Assembly: GCA_965215505.1 (NCBI GenBank)
Contig: OZ244065.1
Coordinates: 1,152,001 to 1,216,000 of the forward strand
Direction of reading: 5' to 3'
Source of the DNA: Capsulimonadaceae bacterium
GTDB lineage: Bacteria > Armatimonadota > Armatimonadia > Armatimonadales > Capsulimonadaceae
DNA: 64,000 nt
The position numbers and the translations under genes are program-made. Under the pieces are notes generated by a model that was given only the letters and a program-made list of their open reading frames with translations, was not told where the DNA came from and made no database searches. Position 1 is the first letter of the stretch, and every line of letters begins with the position of its first letter. Positions 29,609-42,201 of the stretch are shown here, piece after piece.

Positions 29609-29863
29609 TCATGCCGGGGCGGTGCCGGAGAAACGCAGGCGACGTTCGGCCATATGTTCTTCAAAAGGCCTTTCTCTCCCTGCCTCCACGTCCTCCATCG
29701 CTTCATGGATCGCAGCAACGCCGGCCGCGTATTCCTGTTCGATCTGCGTTAAAGTTTCCACCAGCAGCCTGCTGGCGATGAGGTCCGGCTCCTGGCCGGT
29801 GCGCTGGGCGGTCCTCCGCAGGGCCGTCTCCGCCTCAGGCGCGAGTGTGATCGTCATGGTCAA
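29609..29863 (-). CDS. Antitoxin-like small protein
   Basis: MTITLAPEAE.ALR..A.R.G; AIHEAMEDVEAGRERPFEE resembles ParD/RHH-type antitoxins. Confidence 0.6.
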   Translation of the reverse strand: MTMTITLAPEAETALRRTAQRTGQEPDLIASRLLVETLTQIEQEYAAGVAAIHEAMEDVEAGRERPFEEHMAERRLRFSGTAPA

Positions 29864-30783
29864 TCCTCCTCAGTCAATCCGTTCACCAGATGCACCAGCA
29901 GGGCGGCCATGCCCTGCAAATCGGCCACGCGGACCCGCTCGCGGGCGGTGTGCGCGCCCTTCTCGGGGGCACCGACGAACACCCAGTCAAAGGGGACGCC
30001 GCTGCGGTCAAGGGATGCGCCGTCGGAGCCGCCGCTGTCGGCGATCTCGCGCTGGAACGGCAGGCCGCTCGCCTCGGCCAGCGCCAGGATGCGGTCGAGG
30101 TAACGCTGGCGCGGCAGGCAGCTATCGCGCAGCGAGACGGCGGGGCCGCGCCCGCACCGGACGTGTTTGGTGTGCCAGGTCAGGTCGGCGACGAGGGCGC
30201 GCGTGATGCCCAGGGTTTCTGCCAGGCGGCGGGCGCAGAGCAAGGCCCCCACCCCGCGCGTCTCCTCGTAGGAGGTGAAGGCGACGGCGACGTCCGGGCA
30301 GCGGCGCAGGACTTGGAGGGCGGCCCAAACGCCCGCCCGGTTGTCGAGGTAGGGCGCGACGATCTCGCCGCCCTTTTGGACGGGCGCGGCGGCGTAGACC
30401 CAGCGCGAGCCGGGCGCGGCGGTCGTCTTGCCCCTGACTTTCCACGCGCCGTCCTTGCCCTGGGCCAGCGAGTTGACGGCGTCACGAGTCCCGGCCGGGC
30501 GAACGGGGTCGCCGGGCTTGCCGTCCGGCCCGCCGATGCGGAGGAGGCGCTTGCCGTGGTCCAGTGTCCAGCCGGTCGTGTCCAGGTGGGCGAACACGGC
30601 GACGGCGGGCCGGTCGCCGCGCCGGGCGAGGAGCGAGTCGCCTAGGCGCTCCAGATGCACGTCGGGCATTTCGCAGGCGATCCAGCGTTCCAGCCAGTCG
30701 GCGGCCTGCCCCTCGTCGCCGGAGGGGCTATCGAGTTTCAGCAGCTCCCAGAGGAGGTCAAGCGGGTAGTCGGGCGGCGTCAC
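29860..30783 (-). CDS. M42/M28 family metallopeptidase
   Basis: SPSGDE, FAHLDT, LDNRAG, EETRG.GA, GGSDG, HT..E. Confidence 0.85.
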   Translation of the reverse strand: MTPPDYPLDLLWELLKLDSPSGDEGQAADWLERWIACEMPDVHLERLGDSLLARRGDRPAVAVFAHLDTTGWTLDHGKRLLRIGGPDGKPGDPVRPAGTRDAVNSLAQGKDGAWKVRGKTTAAPGSRWVYAAAPVQKGGEIVAPYLDNRAGVWAALQVLRRCPDVAVAFTSYEETRGVGALLCARRLAETLGITRALVADLTWHTKHVRCGRGPAVSLRDSCLPRQRYLDRILALAEASGLPFQREIADSGGSDGASLDRSGVPFDWVFVGAPEKGAHTARERVRVADLQGMAALLVHLVNGLTEED

Positions 30784-30893
30784 AGTGGGTTATTGTATCC
30801 CATCGGGGGCGGGGTTGTCAAACAGAACGCGGGCAGCGACCTCCCCCGGCCGGAGCGGGGACGTTTCTCGCCGCCTGTTTCCCCGAGGCCGGC

Positions 30894-31460
30894 TTACTTC
30901 ACGTCGATCAGCTCTACATCAAAGACCAGGGTCGAGTTCGGCGGGATGGCCGGGGTCGGCGATTGTTCGCCGTAGGCGAGGTCGGCTGGGATGACGAGGC
31001 GGCGCTTCCCGCCCACCTTCATGGTAGCGACGCCCTCATCCCAGCCCTTGATGACCCTGCCCGCGCCGACCTGGAAGGGGAAGGGGTCGGTGCCGTGGTC
31101 GTAGGACGAGTCGAACTTGGTGCCGTCGGGCAGCGCGCCCGTGTACTGCACGTCGGCGGTCTGGCCGGGGGCGGGGCTGGGGCCGGTGCCGACCTTGATG
31201 TCGTAGTATTGGAGGCCGGACGGGGTGGACTTCATCGTCACGGTCTTGCCGTCGATCTTGGTGGTGGCCGGTTTCTTGGAGATGTCGGCGGTCGGCGGCG
31301 CGGGGGCGGTGGTGGAGGTGCTTGCTGGGGCCGCAGGGGCGGTGCCGGTGTCGCCGGCGGATGCCGCCGGGGCCGAGCCGTTGTCTTTATTGCCGCATCC
31401 TGGCGCGGCGAGCAGCAGCGCTCCGGCGGCCAGCACGAGCGCCTTCGTCGTGAACTTCAT
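30894..31460 (-). CDS. FKBP-type peptidyl-prolyl isomerase (lipoprotein)
   Basis: Lipobox [53 protein letters not shown]. Confidence 0.95.
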   Translation of the reverse strand: MKFTTKALVLAAGALLLAAPGCGNKDNGSAPAASAGDTGTAPAAPASTSTTAPAPPTADISKKPATTKIDGKTVTMKSTPSGLQYYDIKVGTGPSPAPGQTADVQYTGALPDGTKFDSSYDHGTDPFPFQVGAGRVIKGWDEGVATMKVGGKRRLVIPADLAYGEQSPTPAIPPNSTLVFDVELIDVK

Positions 31461-31538
31461 GGGTCAGATCCTCCTGAGATCGCCTTCCATTGTACCTGAG
31501 AAGCAGGGAGTTTGCCCGCGCCCGGTGAACAGAGGGGC

Positions 31539-33191
31539 ATGAACCTTGCACGATGGAACGCGGCCATTTTGATCGCCGCCGCTATTATCCCGATCTCGGC
31601 CCAGGCGCAGGGGACGCCGCGCGTCGGGTCCCCGGACACGGCGACGGCCGAGCCGCCGGTTTCGCGGCCACGGACGCAGCCGGTTAAGGTGTCACTGTTC
31701 CGGGACACGGCGTTCACGGACTTCTCCCCGAAGACGTTCCACTGCATCCCGCCGCCCGGCGGGGCGCGGCGCTGGGCGAAGATCGTCCTCGTGGCCGACT
31801 TCCTGGTCACGCCGGGCCGCCAGTTCGACCGGACGGCGCGGATCAGCGTCGGCCACACGAATGTCTACTTCGGCACCACGATGGAGCCTTCGCGCCTCGT
31901 CGGCCCCACCTGGCATGTCGAGCGGGACGTGACTGACGACAGCGCCCTGTTCCGGTCGCCTCAGACGGGCGGCGTGATCATCGGCAACATCGTAAACGGG
32001 ACCTATACGGGAGTTATTCGGGGCAGCGCCTCCCTGCTGTTCTATCCGCCGGACCGTTCTACGCCACCCGCTGAGACGCCGGACCTGGTGCTGCCCCTGC
32101 CGAGCGGCGGGGACGGCACGGCGGACGTGAGCGGGCTGGACGGCGCGCGGACCGAGACGTTCACCTTCCCGACCAATGTCGTGCGGGCTTATCTCGATCT
32201 GGTCACCGAGAGCCAGGGGCGGGACGAGTTCTGGTATCTCGGTGTCCCCGATGCGCTGGCCTCCAAGCTCCAGACTTTCGGCGGGACGGCCTTCCGCGAG
32301 GCCGAGGTGACGGTGGACGGCAGGCCTGCGGGCGTCGCGCCGGTCTACCCGTGGATCTATACCGGCGGCATGGACCCCTCACTGTGGCGTCCGATCCCCG
32401 GCGTGCAGACATTGTCCTTCACCCCGTACCGCGTGAACCTGACGCCCTTCGCGGGCGTCTTCAGCGACGGCAGGCCGCACAAAATCGGCATCCGCGTCTT
32501 CAACGGCGGCAGCTCGTTCTCGGTCGCGGGCGCGCTGTACCTGTACCGTGACCCCGCGCTGAAGGTCGTGCGCGGGGCGGTCACGACCGACACCTTGGGC
32601 GCGGCCCCCACCTCGACTGTCGCGCAGAACATCGTCACGACAGGAGACGAGACCAGCGGCCCGGTCACGGTCTCCTCGACGCGGCGCTTCACCGTCGCCG
32701 GGTATGTGGTGACCTCGCGGGGCCGTGTGGACACGCGCGTCGCCGAGGAGGTCAGTTTCGTCAGCGCCCAGCAGTTTGACCTCTCCCCCACCCGGTCGGT
32801 CCAGAACCTTCGGCAGACAACGGACCTGTCGGCCACGACCACCACGCGCACCGGCTCACAGGTCGTGGTGCGGCGGCGGGCGCTCGCCTACCCGCTCTCG
32901 ATCCTCTCCACCCGAATCACCCAGCCCGACAAGTCGGCCTCCCAAGGGATGACAGTCCGCCAAGCCTACCAGGTGACGGAGCGGGTGACCCGCAACGGCG
33001 TCCCCGTCTTCTCCAGCGCCCTGTCCGACGAAGTCACCCCATCCGACGCAATGAAGTTTGATGCGGCGGGCAAGTTCGCCGGGCGTCAGAGCAAGAGCGC
33101 GCAGACCTACACCTACACTGACTCGCAGGGGCAGAAATACCGGCGGACGGTCAAGGCGGTGAACGGGGTGGTGACGGGCATCAGCCCTTGA
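31539..33191 (+). CDS. Secreted peptide-N4-asparagine amidase A (PNGase A family)
   Basis: TAEPPV.RP, GRQFDR, FGTT.EP, W.VERDVTD, DEFWY, FRE..V.VDG..AG, PWIYTGG..P.LWRPIPG. Confidence 0.85.
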   Translation: MNLARWNAAILIAAAIIPISAQAQGTPRVGSPDTATAEPPVSRPRTQPVKVSLFRDTAFTDFSPKTFHCIPPPGGARRWAKIVLVADFLVTPGRQFDRTARISVGHTNVYFGTTMEPSRLVGPTWHVERDVTDDSALFRSPQTGGVIIGNIVNGTYTGVIRGSASLLFYPPDRSTPPAETPDLVLPLPSGGDGTADVSGLDGARTETFTFPTNVVRAYLDLVTESQGRDEFWYLGVPDALASKLQTFGGTAFREAEVTVDGRPAGVAPVYPWIYTGGMDPSLWRPIPGVQTLSFTPYRVNLTPFAGVFSDGRPHKIGIRVFNGGSSFSVAGALYLYRDPALKVVRGAVTTDTLGAAPTSTVAQNIVTTGDETSGPVTVSSTRRFTVAGYVVTSRGRVDTRVAEEVSFVSAQQFDLSPTRSVQNLRQTTDLSATTTTRTGSQVVVRRRALAYPLSILSTRITQPDKSASQGMTVRQAYQVTERVTRNGVPVFSSALSDEVTPSDAMKFDAAGKFAGRQSKSAQTYTYTDSQGQKYRRTVKAVNGVVTGISP

Positions 33192-33256
33192 AATGCGCCT
33201 CGGTTTATGTTATAATTTGTTGTATTTTACAACTAGCCTGCAACAAATTATAACAT
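33188..33256 (+). promoter_or_regulatory. abiE promoter with inverted-repeat operator
   Basis: TTGAAA-N17-TATAAT; perfect 16-bp IR ATGTTATAATTTGTTG (33207-33222) / CAACAAATTATAACAT (33241-33256). Confidence 0.8.
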
Positions 33257-33869
33257 GCCTCATCCTATCCCCAAAACGAAAGAAGAAGCCGTCAGCGACA
33301 TCATCGCTCAATCGGGGCTGCTGCGTCCCCGTGATCTGCGGGCGCAGGGGATCGCCGCAGAACACCTGCGGCGTCTGGTGCAGCGTGGTAAAGTGGAACG
33401 GGTGGGACGGGGCCTGTACCGGCTGCCAGATGCCGCCCTGACGGAACATCATTCTCTGGTGGAGGTCAACAAGCGCGTGCCGGGGGGGGTGATCTGCCTT
33501 GTCTCCGCACTGGCCTTTCACGGCCTGACCACGCAAATGCCCTATGACGTCTGGCTGATGATCGAGCGCCGCTCCCGCGCGCCCAAGATGGACTGGCCGC
33601 CCCTGCGTTTGTTCCGGGCGTCCGGGGAGTCGTTCACGGCCGGCGTCGAGGAGCATCAGGTTGAGGGCGTGACGGTGCGGGTGACAAGCCCCGCCAAGAC
33701 CGTCGCCGACGGGTTCAAGTATCGGAACAAGATGGGCCTAGAGGTGACCGTCGAGGCGCTGCGGGAATGCCTGCGGGAGAAGCGTTTTTCCCACGACACG
33801 CTGCACCACTTCGCCCACATCTGCGGTGTGGAGAACGTGATGCGGCCTTACCTGGAGGCCCTATCGTGA
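33255..33869 (+). CDS. abiEi: Type IV TA antitoxin AbiEi
   Basis: N-terminal wHTH (ERVGRGLYRL), CL.SAL.FHGLTTQ.P, PAKTVAD.FKYRNK.G, MRPYLE. Confidence 0.88.
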   Translation: MPHPIPKTKEEAVSDIIAQSGLLRPRDLRAQGIAAEHLRRLVQRGKVERVGRGLYRLPDAALTEHHSLVEVNKRVPGGVICLVSALAFHGLTTQMPYDVWLMIERRSRAPKMDWPPLRLFRASGESFTAGVEEHQVEGVTVRVTSPAKTVADGFKYRNKMGLEVTVEALRECLREKRFSHDTLHHFAHICGVENVMRPYLEALS

Positions 33870-34734
33870 CGGGGGAAGAGGCACGGGCGGTTTCGCTCCG
33901 GCAGCGGCTGCTGAACAAGGCACGAACGGAGGGTGAGGAGTTCCAGCGCCTTCTGACCCGCTACGCTCTGGAACGCCTGCTTTATCGCCTGGGCCGGTCC
34001 GACTACAGAGACCGCTTCATACTGAAAGGCGCGCTGTTGTTTTCCGTATGGACGGCACGCCCGCACCGCAGTACCAGAGACCTAGACCTGCTGGGATTTG
34101 GTGAGCATTCCGTCGAGGCGCTTGCGACGGTCTTCGGCGATCTCTGCCGCATCCCAGCGGAGGAAGACGGACTGGACTTCGACGCGGACACCATTGGCGC
34201 GCGGGAGATCCGGGAGCAGAGCGAGTACGGCGGCATCCGCGTGACGCTGACTGCCAGCCTGGCGGGGGCGCGGATACCCTTGCAGGTGGATGTCGGCTTT
34301 GGGGATGCCGTTACGCCGCCTGCGAGAGAAGTAGACTACCCCACATTGCTGGACATGCCCGCACCGCGTGTAAAGGCTTATCCGCCGGAAACCGTCATGG
34401 CCGAGAAGCTGGAGGCGCTGGTCAGGCTGGGCATGGAAACAGCCGCATGAAAGATTTCTACGATTTGTGGGTTCTATCCCGTGAGTTCGTCATGGATCAA
34501 GCAGTCTTGACGGCAGCCGTCCGTGCCACGTTCGCGCGTCGCCGGACGCCTCTCCCGCAGGAACCCCCTGTGGCGCTGACCGCGACGTTCGCCTCCGACC
34601 TCGCGAAACAGGCGCAATGGGCGGCATTCGTCCGGCGCAGTTTAGCGCCGGACGAAGTCGCGCCGACTTTAGCCGATCTCATCCTCCACATCAACCGGTT
34701 CCTAATGCCTCTGCTCGTACAGACTATTTCTTGA
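33866..34734 (+). pseudogene. abiEii: Type IV TA toxin AbiEii, frameshifted (or assembly indel)
   Basis: ERLLYRL, FILKGA, R.TRDLD, QVDVGFGD, E...AEK; the NSRMKDFYD motif is split by a 1-nt deficit at 34437-34439. Confidence 0.8.
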
Positions 34735-34746
34735 GGCATTATGTGT

Positions 34747-37628
<2,882 letters not shown>

Positions 37629-37632
<4 letters not shown>

Positions 37633-39164
37633 GGCTTGCTTTGCTGCTTCCTGACGGGCGCTCCGTCGTAGTAGTAGGCGGCCTCGTCCACGACGGCCGC
37701 ACTGCTCTTGTCGGTCAGGCGCAGGGGGCTGGGGACCTTCTGCAAGACGCCCTTGTCGGCCAGCCATTCGTAGACGCCGCACAGGCTGCCGGTTTGGGCC
37801 TGTTTTTTGAAGTAGCCGTCCATTTCGCTCGTCGTCCGGACGCCGCCCGCGTCGGCGAGGTAGTCCAGGACGGGGCCGAAAAGGGCAGCCAGGCGCTGGT
37901 CCAGATAGCCGCTGATGCAGTCGAGCGCGGCCTGAATGACGCCCGCATCTTTGGTGCCGTGGATCAGGTCGGTGTAAACGGACCCGAAGAAGGCCGGATT
38001 GAGGCGCAGGGCCTCCTGGACCGCTTCGCGGCCCGTGGGCTTGCCGTGCAGGAGCGTCTCGATCTTGGCAAGGCTGTCTACGGAATACATGATCCAGAGG
38101 AAGCTGTATTCGACATCGCGCTTGACGTAGTGCCATTTCTCGGCCTTCGCCAGGGTGCTAAGGACGCCGTTGGCGGCTTTCAGGAGCTGCATGTCGCGGT
38201 CGCGGGTCCCCAGCGTGTCCAGGTTGGCGTAGTGTTCGCGGATGGTCTCGTCGGTCGTATAGAGCAGGGTGCTTCTGGCGAAAGACGAGTGGAAGAACGA
38301 GTTCTGGAGTGCGCCCTGGACGAGGGACTTGAACTTGTTACGGGGCATGACGGTGGCGTGGATGTTGACGCCGTTCTCCACCAGGCAGAAGTCGCGCTCG
38401 GGCTGCTTGTCGGTGCGGCTGATCAGGACGATGTCGATGTCGGACTTGCGCCAGACCTGGTCGTGGGACAGGCTGCCGAACAGCAGGACGGCGATGATGC
38501 TGCGGTCGGTCTTCACCCTGCCCACGAACGATTCCAAAGCTTCGTTGTAGAGCGCGACGGTGCCGGCGAAGCCGTCGTCGTTGGAGGGGCGGCGCTGCCG
38601 GAGCGCGTCTTGTACCATGTGAAGCATCCTTTCCCGCAGCCGCTGCCGGGCCGAATAGAGCCGCTTTTTGACCGTCGTGAGCGGCACCTCCAGGAAGGCG
38701 GCGATGTCGGCCTGCGAGTAGTCCTTGATGTAGAAGAGTGCCGTGACCAGGCGCTCGTGCTCGGGCAAGCCTAGGATAGCATCGCGCACCTCATCCCGAG
38801 TTTCGCACCGGGCGACCGTCTGATACGGGTCGCCGTCCGGGGAGGCCAGGTCGCCGAGCGAGTCGAGCGGCACCGTGTCCAAACTCGCGCCGCGCGTCTG
38901 CCGGTGGCAGTGGGTCAGGACGATGCGCCGCAGCCAGCCGGGGAAGGCTTCAGGCGTCCGCAACTGGTCCAGGTGCCGCCAGGCGGTCAGGAACGCCTCC
39001 TGGGCGGCGTCCTCGGCCTGCCCGAAGTCGCCCAGGACGCCGTAGGCGCAGGCGAACGCGAGGTCCTGGAACCGGCGCACGATCCGGTCGAAGGCCTGAT
39101 GCTTGTCGCCGTCCGCCCCACGCGCGGCGGCGGCCTGTGTGATGAGGCGCGCAAGATCGTCCAT
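37629..39164 (-). CDS. ECF sigma factor fused to Pol-beta-like nucleotidyltransferase domain
   Basis: Region 2 [14 protein letters not shown]....AFPGWL; region 4 [21 protein letters not shown]; then LLFGSL...[10 protein letters not shown]. Confidence 0.85.
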
Positions 39165-39321
39165 TTGTGTTCCGCCTGGTGTCCTGAGAAGAAGAGCCTG
39201 CTGCTGGGCGAAAGGATACCGCATTTGCGGCGCGGAATGAAAATCGTTTCGTGCAGGACTCGCCGCCGCCCGTCGCGAAAGATGGGGGCAACGCTGTCAA
39301 TCGCGACAAGGAGCCTTTGCA

Positions 39322-40824
39322 ATGCCTGCAACGCTGGAAAAAGAGATGGTCGGAACAGAGATGGTCGGGGACGTGGAACTGGAAGAGGGCGCGACGCCCG
39401 ACGTGGTAGAAGAAGAACAGTCGGGGCACATCGCCCACTCTAAGTCGGCGGAGGAGAAGGGCCTGCCGGGGCTGATGCGCCGGCCCATCAAGGTCACGGT
39501 CATGGGCGCGGGGTCCGGGTTCACCCCCACCCTCGTGCGGGACGTGCTGCAAATCCCCGGCGAGCAGGGCGGGACCATCGCGCTCGTGGACATTGACGCT
39601 AGCCGCCTGGACACGATGCACAAGCTGATCCAGAAGGTCACCGAGTTCCAGGGCAAGACGAACTGGAAAGTGGAGTCGTCAGTGGACCGGACCGAGGTGC
39701 TGGCGGGGAGCGACTACATCATCATCTGCGTCGAGGTCAGCGGGACCGGGACCGTGCGCTTTGACAACGACATCCCCCTCAAATACGGCGTCTCCCAGTG
39801 CATCGGGGACACCATCGGACCGGGCGGCCTTTTTAAGTCATTAAGAACCATCCCCGTCTGGCTGGACATCTTGCAGGACGCCGAGCGACTCTGCCCGCAG
39901 GCCATAGTCCTGAACTACACCAACCCCATGTCCATGATGTGCCTGGCGGCGGCCCGGACGTCGTTCCTGCCCGTCGTCGGCCTGTGCCACTCGGTCCAGG
40001 GGACGGGGCACCTGCTGGCGGGGCGCGCGGGTGTCCCCTACGAGGAGATGGTCTGGGAGTGCGCCGGCATCAACCACCTGGCCTGGTTCACCAAATTGGA
40101 GCATAAAGGCGAGAGCCTGTACCCCATCCTGATGGAGAAGGCGCAGAACGACGTCTACGGTACGGGCGAGGGCCGCGAGGACGGGGACATCGTCCGCAAG
40201 GACATGATGCTGCACTTCGGCGCGTTCATCACCGAGTCCTCGGGCCACCTGTCCGAGTACCTGCCCTACTACCGCAAGCGTCAGGACCTCATCGAGAAGT
40301 ACACCCGGAACGGCTACGACGGCACGACCTCGTTCTACGCCGACAACTGGCCGACCTGGCGCAAGAACGCCGACGAGACGCGGCTGAAAATGCTGAACGG
40401 CGAGATCGGCCTGGAGCAGAAGCGGTCCTGGGAGTATGGCTCGTGGATCATCGAGGCGCGCGAGAAGGACGTCCCGCACCGCATCCACGGCAACGTCATG
40501 AACTCGAACGGCGACGGGTCCGGCACTCTGATCTCCAACCTGCCCGCCGACGGCATCGTCGAGGTGGCCTGCATGATTGACGCCAACGGCATCAACCCCA
40601 CCCGCTTCGGGGCTTTGCCGCCGCAGATGGCCGCGTTGTGCGACTGGAACATGCGGATGTACGACCTGGGGGCGACGGCGGCCATCGAGCGCAGCAAGGA
40701 GGCCGCCATCCACGCCCTGATGCTCGACCCTTTGTGCGCCGCCTGCTGCTCCCCCGCCGAGATCAAGGCCATGACATTGGAGATGTTCGAGGCCGAGGCC
40801 GAGTATCTGCCGGGGTATAAGTAG
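39322..40824 (+). CDS. GH4 family alpha-galactosidase/alpha-glucosidase
   Basis: MGAGS.FT, IPLKYG..QCIGDT.GPGG, LNYTNPM, GLCHSVQ, AGINH, TESSGH.SEY. Confidence 0.92.
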   Translation: MPATLEKEMVGTEMVGDVELEEGATPDVVEEEQSGHIAHSKSAEEKGLPGLMRRPIKVTVMGAGSGFTPTLVRDVLQIPGEQGGTIALVDIDASRLDTMHKLIQKVTEFQGKTNWKVESSVDRTEVLAGSDYIIICVEVSGTGTVRFDNDIPLKYGVSQCIGDTIGPGGLFKSLRTIPVWLDILQDAERLCPQAIVLNYTNPMSMMCLAAARTSFLPVVGLCHSVQGTGHLLAGRAGVPYEEMVWECAGINHLAWFTKLEHKGESLYPILMEKAQNDVYGTGEGREDGDIVRKDMMLHFGAFITESSGHLSEYLPYYRKRQDLIEKYTRNGYDGTTSFYADNWPTWRKNADETRLKMLNGEIGLEQKRSWEYGSWIIEAREKDVPHRIHGNVMNSNGDGSGTLISNLPADGIVEVACMIDANGINPTRFGALPPQMAALCDWNMRMYDLGATAAIERSKEAAIHALMLDPLCAACCSPAEIKAMTLEMFEAEAEYLPGYK

Positions 40825-40854
40825 ACCTAACCCCGGCGCGAGCGGGGATCAACC

Positions 40855-40900
40855 GCACCCGACCGCCCCTCCCCTGAAAGGGAAGGGGCGAGAGGGGCGC
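40855..40900. repeat. Palindromic intergenic element
   Basis: GCCCCTCCCCTGAAAGGGAAGGGGC hairpin, related to 26641-26680. Confidence 0.4.
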
Positions 40901-40991
40901 GGGCCGTGCGGGTAGTCGCGCGGACTGCGCCCCTCTCGCTGTCGCGCCAGTGCCCGACGGGACACTGCGCTTGCCACAAACCAGGAAGACT

Positions 40992-42026
40992 ATGATCCCA
41001 GCCACAAAACACAGGACTAGGCACCATTTAGTGGCCCAGGTGTTCGCCTTCTGCTTCCTGTTCGCGTATTGTGGTCATACCTTTGCGGATGGCGTCCATC
41101 AGTATGTGTTCTTCGACACCGAGAGGGGCAGGATCCGCGCTTCAACTTTCCTAAGCACCAAGGCTCTGGAAGGCGCTCAACTCAAGTACACATGGCGGGA
41201 GCTAGAGCCGGAACCGGATGTCTATGACTTCCGCGCCATCCGCGACGACCTGGCGTTCCTGACCTCGAAAAAGAAGAGACTCTTCATCCAGATTCAGGAC
41301 GTCACCTTCGCCCCATCATTCATCTGCATCCCGAGATATCTGCTACATGACGCCCGGTTCCACGGCGGGGCCGAGAAGCAGTATCAGATCACCGGGACTG
41401 ATGAGGCACACGCCACCGTGGAGGGCTGGGTCGCCCGGCGGTGGGACGCGGCGGTACAGGAACGGTTTGGCAGACTGCTTTCTGCGTTAGGGAAAGAGTT
41501 CGACGGCAGGATTGAAGGCATCAATCTGGCGGAGACGGCGGTTGATTTCGGCGACACCGGACGTTTGTTCCCGAAGGACTTTACCCCGGCGGCATATCGG
41601 GACGCTGTCCTGACAAACATGGCTGTTCTGAAGCGCGCTTTCCCAAAGTCAGTGACCATGCAGTACGCCAACTTCATGCCGGGGGAGTGGCTTCCGGGTC
41701 AGGATCGGCATTATCTTCGTAGTATATACCAGAGGGCGAGGGAGCTAAAGGTCGGTGTGGGAGGCCCGGACCTGCTGCCGTACAAGCCGGGGCAGAGGCA
41801 CCACAGCTACCCGCTCATCCGTGCCAGTCATGGGATCATCCCCACCGGCGTTGCGGTGCAGGAGGGTAACTACGGAGACAGGAACCCTAAGACCGGCAAG
41901 GCTATGACAATTGCTGGTCTCCTAGAGTTTGCGAAGGGATACTTGAGGGTGGATTACATTTTCTGGTGTACGGAGGAGCCATTCTACTCAAAGAAATTGC
42001 TGCCGTTCCTGAACAGCGGACGGTAG
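40992..42026 (+). CDS. Secreted hypothetical protein, possible glycoside hydrolase barrel
   Basis: Signal-like N-terminus; GAQLKY.W..LEP..D.YDF, EGINL.ETA, G.GGPD; start uncertain. Confidence 0.6.
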   Translation: MIPATKHRTRHHLVAQVFAFCFLFAYCGHTFADGVHQYVFFDTERGRIRASTFLSTKALEGAQLKYTWRELEPEPDVYDFRAIRDDLAFLTSKKKRLFIQIQDVTFAPSFICIPRYLLHDARFHGGAEKQYQITGTDEAHATVEGWVARRWDAAVQERFGRLLSALGKEFDGRIEGINLAETAVDFGDTGRLFPKDFTPAAYRDAVLTNMAVLKRAFPKSVTMQYANFMPGEWLPGQDRHYLRSIYQRARELKVGVGGPDLLPYKPGQRHHSYPLIRASHGIIPTGVAVQEGNYGDRNPKTGKAMTIAGLLEFAKGYLRVDYIFWCTEEPFYSKKLLPFLNSGR

Positions 42027-42201
42027 TGTTTTCTATCCCACGCTCGCAGTTTCAGCTCGGGGATCGTATTGACCGCGTGTACTATAGCGAAAGCCAAACA
42101 GCAAGCGCGGGAGCTGGCCCTGCGAGAATCCATCCATGCCGCCATGTTCGCCCAGCCGCTCGCGCGGCGCAGGGTGCAGCCTACGGCCTGGCTCGTCGGC
42201 G

